Assembly: GCA_018897875.1 (NCBI GenBank)
Contig: JAHIKF010000156.1
Location: 1 to 34,663, forward strand
Direction of reading: 5' to 3'
DNA length: 34,663 nucleotides
Origin: Pseudomonadota bacterium
GTDB taxonomy: Bacteria > Desulfobacterota > Desulfobaccia > Desulfobaccales > 0-14-0-80-60-11
Within the stretch, counting starts at the first letter, position 1, and every line of letters starts with the position of its first letter. Under the pieces are notes generated by a model. It had not been told where the DNA came from. It made no database searches and saw nothing but the letters and a program-made list of their open reading frames with translations. Made by a program: the position numbers and the translations under genes. This document shows, one piece after another, positions 31,327 through 34,663 of this stretch.

Positions 31327-32083
31327 TCAGGATCAGCAGGATGGACCGCACCACCGAAGTCTTGGTGGCCTGGCCCACCCCGAACGTGCCATGTTCGGTG
31401 TTATAGCCGTGATAACAGCCCACGGTGCCCACAATCAGCCCAAAGATAGCGGTCTTGCCGATGCCCGGCAAGACATCCTTCAGCGTCAGATACTTGATGG
31501 TCAGGGTGTAGTAATAGGCGGGGCTCATACCCACCTGGGTCACGCCGATGATCATGCCTCCCAGGATGCCCACGAGGTTGGCGGCCACGGTCAACAGCGG
31601 CAAGATCAGCATGCAGGCCAGAATCCGGCTGACCACCAGGTATTTCATGGGGTTGACGGCGGAGACGGTGAGGGCGTCGATCTGGTTAGTGACCCGCATG
31701 GAACCCAGCTCGGCGCCCATCCCGGCTCCCCCGCGAGATGCCAACATGATGCCGGCGATCAGGGGGCCCAACCCGCGCACAAAGGTGAAGGCCACGCTGG
31801 TGGCAATGTAATTGGCCGCGCCAAACAATTTCAAGACACTGAGGCCCTGCATAGCCAGGACCAGGCCCAACGCAAAGGAGGCCACGGCCACCAGGGAGAA
31901 GGATTTCACCCCCAGGTGGTACATCTGGGCGATAACCTCCCGGACGAACCAGGGCGGGTGGAGCAGGCTGCGGCAGGCATCCACAAAAAAGAGGAACAAG
32001 TCCCCCATGTAATCGACGAAAGCCATCGTCTGATGGCCGACCCGATAAAACAAGCCCTCTTTCATCAGCCTCGCCCCATGCAA
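31280..32083 (-). CDS. mlaE: ABC transporter permease (MlaE family)
   Basis: 267-aa polytopic membrane ORF whose length and pattern are typical of MlaE (..AMQGLSVLKLFGA..., ..GAELGSMRVTNQIDAL...). First gene of the mlaEFD-TPR-M50 string. Confidence 0.85.
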   Translation of the reverse strand: MHGARLMKEGLFYRVGHQTMAFVDYMGDLFLFFVDACRSLLHPPWFVREVIAQMYHLGVKSFSLVAVASFALGLVLAMQGLSVLKLFGAANYIATSVAFTFVRGLGPLIAGIMLASRGGAGMGAELGSMRVTNQIDALTVSAVNPMKYLVVSRILACMLILPLLTVAANLVGILGGMIIGVTQVGMSPAYYYTLTIKYLTLKDVLPGIGKTAIFGLIVGTVGCYHGYNTEHGTFGVGQATKTSVVRSILLILIADVFLTKLTIFLWP

Positions 32084-32155
32084 CCCTCACGGAGGCCAAA
32101 GCTAGGTCCGGGGCAACCTGACCTGCCACGCCTCGCCATGGGTTACAACGTATTA

Positions 32156-32184
32156 AAACTACCTAAAAATCAGGCTTGTGTCAA
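32156..32184 (-). promoter_or_regulatory. candidate sigma70-type promoter for the mlaE operon
   Basis: The minus strand reads TTGACA-N17-TAGTTT, about 70 nt upstream of the mlaE ATG. Confidence 0.35.
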
Positions 32185-32275
32185 GCAGAAAGCCCGGGTT
32201 GCGGCCCCATACGCCGCCGTGTCCCTGGGAAGCGATAACAAATCACAATTTCGTATAACATTACTATCATTATTG

Positions 32276-32304
32276 TTGCTAAATATACGAAAATGGAATA
32301 TAAT
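32276..32304 (+). promoter_or_regulatory. candidate sigma70-type promoter for the GAF-sigma54 activator gene
   Basis: TTGCTA-N17-TATAAT read directly in the AT-rich divergent intergenic region, about 150 nt upstream of the ATG at 32454. Confidence 0.4.
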
Positions 32305-32453
32305 AAGATGAATATAACGGGCTCAACCGGCCGGATGGACGAGGGGTCCAGGCACTGGCGGGGGAAAGTTCGGGGCCGGGTCACCGGCGGTTTACCTGAG
32401 ATCACCCCAGTGAAACACACAAACAGCCTAGCCGTCTAACAGCGAGTCACCTG

Positions 32454-33965
32454 ATGAACGACCTAAACCTGCTGTACGAAATTACCGAAACCCTGGGCTC
32501 CCTTGGCCCATTGCCCCGCATCCTGCAACGGGTGCTCCAGATTTTGGCCCAGAGCATGGGCATGCGCCGGGGCACCGTCACCATCCTCAACCCGGAGACC
32601 GCGGAATTGCAGATCGAAGTGGCCCACGGCCTCACGGCGGAAGCCCGGCGCCGGGGGCGCTACAAGCTGGGGGAAGGCATCACCGGCCGGGTGGTGGAGA
32701 CCGGGGAACCGGCGGTGGTCCCCCGGGTGAGCAAAGAGCCGCTCTTTTTAAACCGGACCCGGTCCCGGGGCAGCCGGGAGAAGGACGAACTCTCCTTCCT
32801 GTGCGTGCCCATCAAAATTAACAACAAGACCATCGGCGCCCTCTCCGTGGACAAACTCCACCGGGACCTGGACCTGGACCGGGACCTCAGGCTGCTCACC
32901 ATCATCGCCTCTATCATCGCCCAGACGGTCAACAACCTGCTGCTCATCGACCGGGAGAAGGAACGCCTGCACAACGAGAACGTGAAGCTCAAAGGCCAGT
33001 TGCAGGAGCGTTACCAGATGGGCAATATCATCGGCACTTCGGGGCGCATGCGCGAGGTGTTCGAGATGATCGAACGGGTGGCCAAGAGCAACGCCACCAT
33101 CCTGATCCGGGGCGAATCCGGCACCGGCAAGGAGATGGTGGCCTCGGCCCTGCACTATAACTCGCTGCGGGCCGACAAGCCCTTCATCAAGGTAAACTTG
33201 GCGAGTCTGCCGGAGACCCTGGTGGAGAGCGAACTCTTCGGCCACGAGCGCGGGGCCTTCACCGGGGCCATGCAGCGCAAGCAGGGCCGCTTCGAACTGG
33301 CCCAGGGGGGTACGATCTTTCTGGATGAAATCGGCGACTTGAGCCTTAATGTGCAGCTCAAACTCTTGCGGGTCATCCAGGAACGCGAGTATACCCGCTT
33401 GGGCGGCACGGCCACCTTAAAGGCCGACATACGCCTGCTGGCAGCCACCCACCGGGATCTGGAGCAGGCCATGTCTCAAGGGGTTTTCCGGGAAGACCTC
33501 TACTACCGCCTCAACGTCTTTCCCATCTATCTGCCACCCCTCCGGGAGCGCATGGCCGACATCCCGGCCCTGTCGGAATACTTCCTAAACAAGTACGGTG
33601 AGGAGCACGCCAAGCCGGTGAAGCGCCTGTCGGCCCCGGCCCTGGACCTGCTCATGCAGTACCCCTGGCCCGGCAACGTGCGGGAACTGGAAAACATCAT
33701 CGAGCGGGCGGTGCTGGTGTGCGACGAAGACACCATCTTAAGCGTCCACCTGCCTCCCACCTTACAGCGCCAGGAGCCGGGCGGGGACCACCGGGGTCTG
33801 GCCGCCCAGGTGGCGCACCTGGAGCGGGAACTCATCACCGAGGCCCTGCGCCAGACCCGGGGCAACCAGAGCCAGGCGGCCCAAATCCTGGACACCAGCC
33901 TCAGGATCCTGGGTTACAAGATCAAGCAGTACGCCATCGAAGCCAAACGGTTCCGGGCGACGTAA
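32454..33965 (+). CDS. sigma54-dependent transcriptional activator with N-terminal GAF domain (NifA-like architecture: GAF + AAA+ + Fis HTH)
   Basis: 503-aa ORF. GAF-like N-terminus ([23 protein letters not shown]...[14 protein letters not shown]...[17 protein letters not shown]). [59 protein letters not shown]. No receiver domain. Confidence 0.9.
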   Translation: MNDLNLLYEITETLGSLGPLPRILQRVLQILAQSMGMRRGTVTILNPETAELQIEVAHGLTAEARRRGRYKLGEGITGRVVETGEPAVVPRVSKEPLFLNRTRSRGSREKDELSFLCVPIKINNKTIGALSVDKLHRDLDLDRDLRLLTIIASIIAQTVNNLLLIDREKERLHNENVKLKGQLQERYQMGNIIGTSGRMREVFEMIERVAKSNATILIRGESGTGKEMVASALHYNSLRADKPFIKVNLASLPETLVESELFGHERGAFTGAMQRKQGRFELAQGGTIFLDEIGDLSLNVQLKLLRVIQEREYTRLGGTATLKADIRLLAATHRDLEQAMSQGVFREDLYYRLNVFPIYLPPLRERMADIPALSEYFLNKYGEEHAKPVKRLSAPALDLLMQYPWPGNVRELENIIERAVLVCDEDTILSVHLPPTLQRQEPGGDHRGLAAQVAHLERELITEALRQTRGNQSQAAQILDTSLRILGYKIKQYAIEAKRFRAT

Positions 33966-34030
33966 CGGGGAACGGATAACCTTGGAGATTGATGAAGTTC
34001 CGTTGATTCAAAGGGCAGGGAGAATTATCA

Positions 34031-34062
34031 TAAAGGGTGGGCCAGGCCCACCCTTTATTTAT
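34031..34062. terminator. rho-independent terminator (bidirectional geometry) after the sigma54 activator gene
   Basis: TAAAGGGTGGGCC-a-GGCCCACCCTTTATTTAT: a long GC stem flanked by an A-run and a T-run. Confidence 0.6.
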
Positions 34063-34211
34063 CGGTAATCAATAGAAATTTATCTGGCCACGGTCAAATA
34101 AAGATCATAGTAAATCTGATATGCATAATTATAACCCAAACTGGATCTGAGATGCAGGTATGCTCTGTATATCAGCATCAGCATGATGCCATCAAAGACT
34201 GGAGGTGGAGC

Positions 34212-34325
34212 ATGAAAGTTTCCAAGGCCGTCAACCTATTTTATAGCTTCATCAGGCTTTTCCCAAAGACCAAAAACCGAAAATCATTTTCATCTGACAG
34301 CTTCAGGTCACCCGGTTACCAACCG
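34212..34325 (+). CDS. possible small basic protein (37 aa), unsupported beyond its RBS
   Basis: GGAGGTGGAGC precedes ATG: MKVSKAVNLFYSFIRLFPKTKNRKSFSSDSFRSPGYQP*. It overlaps the 3' end of the convergent ORF by 10 nt. No family recognised. Confidence 0.2.
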
Positions 34326-34663
34326 TAATCGAAAGGTCCCCACAGGCCCCAATTCATCGCGGCGTCCATATTCATCTCCGCGGTCATGCGCTGCTCATCG
34401 GCAATCCGCTCCTGGATCATCAACTGCTGGTAGCGTTGATAATTCTCCTCGTTGCCGATATACAGGCATTTGCAGGACAGTGCATCGGCGTAAATATAAT
34501 AGACTTTATCACCACGCTGGTGGGATGTCAGCTTCCGCTGGGTCATGGTCTGGAGATGGTCCGCCTTCTCGGGGGTATCGGCATACTGCACCCTGAACCC
34601 GGCGGCCGCCAGCCAAACCTCCGTACCCTTGGCATCACTCTTCTTGACCTCTTGGACCACGGC
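34316..34663 (-). CDS. hypothetical protein, 5'-truncated by the window edge
   Basis: Open frame from the window end to the stop at 34316 (...YIYADALSCKCLYIGNEENYQRYQQLMIQERIADEQRMTAEMNMDAAMNWGLWGPFDYGW*). GC is lower than in the core genes. No family recognised. Confidence 0.5.
   Translation of the reverse strand, partial: AVVQEVKKSDAKGTEVWLAAAGFRVQYADTPEKADHLQTMTQRKLTSHQRGDKVYYIYADALSCKCLYIGNEENYQRYQQLMIQERIADEQRMTAEMNMDAAMNWGLWGPFDYGW

Noticed and set aside
32101-32140. TGGCAGGTCAGGTTGCC upstream of mlaE as a sigma54 promoter for the divergent GAF activator
   Set aside because: The spacer between TGGCAGG and TTGC is 5 nt rather than 4, and sigma54 promoters tolerate spacing changes poorly. 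A TTGACA-N17-TAGTTT sigma70-like promoter nearby is a simpler explanation.
29538-32311. Plus-strand ORFs opposite mlaD, mlaF and mlaE (29855-30568, 31208-32311 and others)
   Set aside because: They are antisense to well-supported Mla genes and have no motifs.
1-34663. rRNA, tRNA, transposase/integrase, toxin-antitoxin, restriction-modification or other defence genes
   Set aside because: No ORF or sequence showed the corresponding signatures on either strand. I make no such call.

Overview
A 34.7 kb, high-GC bacterial chromosomal window. Hand counts of single 60-nt lines give about 65% GC in most genes. Gene content looks like a strict anaerobe of the Desulfobacterota / deltaproteobacterial type; this is inferred from gene content, not from a search. 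Almost every real gene is on the minus strand, and the long plus-strand ORFs in the track are mostly GC-driven shadow ORFs. Left to right: (1) a regulatory cassette at 77-7053 with an NtrC-type sigma54 response regulator, a hybrid receiver/histidine kinase, a cytoplasmic four-PAS histidine kinase, a MITE-like inverted-repeat element, an ACT-repeat protein and a CheY-like receiver. (2) A translationally coupled Wood-Ljungdahl-type methylene-tetrahydrofolate reductase / flavin-based electron-transfer operon at 7167-15035: metF, metV, mvhD, a 1484-aa HdrA-HdrA fusion carrying an inserted NfnB/GltD-like NAD(P)H module (HdrL-like), a second metF paralog and a degenerate receiver, with no hdrB or hdrC. 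The ORF track truncates mvhD. Its true 5' end lies 81 nt upstream and is reached through an in-frame TGA that replaces the second Cys of the conserved CxxC motif, so it is a probable selenocysteine codon. (3) A 666-bp non-coding leader with phased direct repeats. (4) trmO. (5) A four-gene tripartite efflux operon (OMP, HlyD-type adaptor, FtsX-type permease, ABC ATPase) in which every gene carries a lesion. (6) A MEMO-like/CapA-like fusion lipoprotein, a patatin-like lipase and a ROK kinase. (7) A monocistronic, lower-GC, leaderless (no Tat signal) molybdo/tungstopterin enzyme resembling acetylene hydratase, but with His in place of the catalytic Asp. (8) An envelope operon: mlaE, mlaF, mlaD, a TPR lipoprotein and an M50/CBS protease. 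(9) A divergent GAF-sigma54 activator. Two short repeat families are scattered through the intergenic regions: GTAG/CTAC-flanked GC hairpins, and a G5/C5-rich unit of about 37 nt. No rRNA, tRNA, CRISPR array or transposase gene was seen. The most notable items are the HdrBC-less MetFV-MvhD(Sec)-HdrL-MetF2 module and the acetylene-hydratase-like enzyme island.
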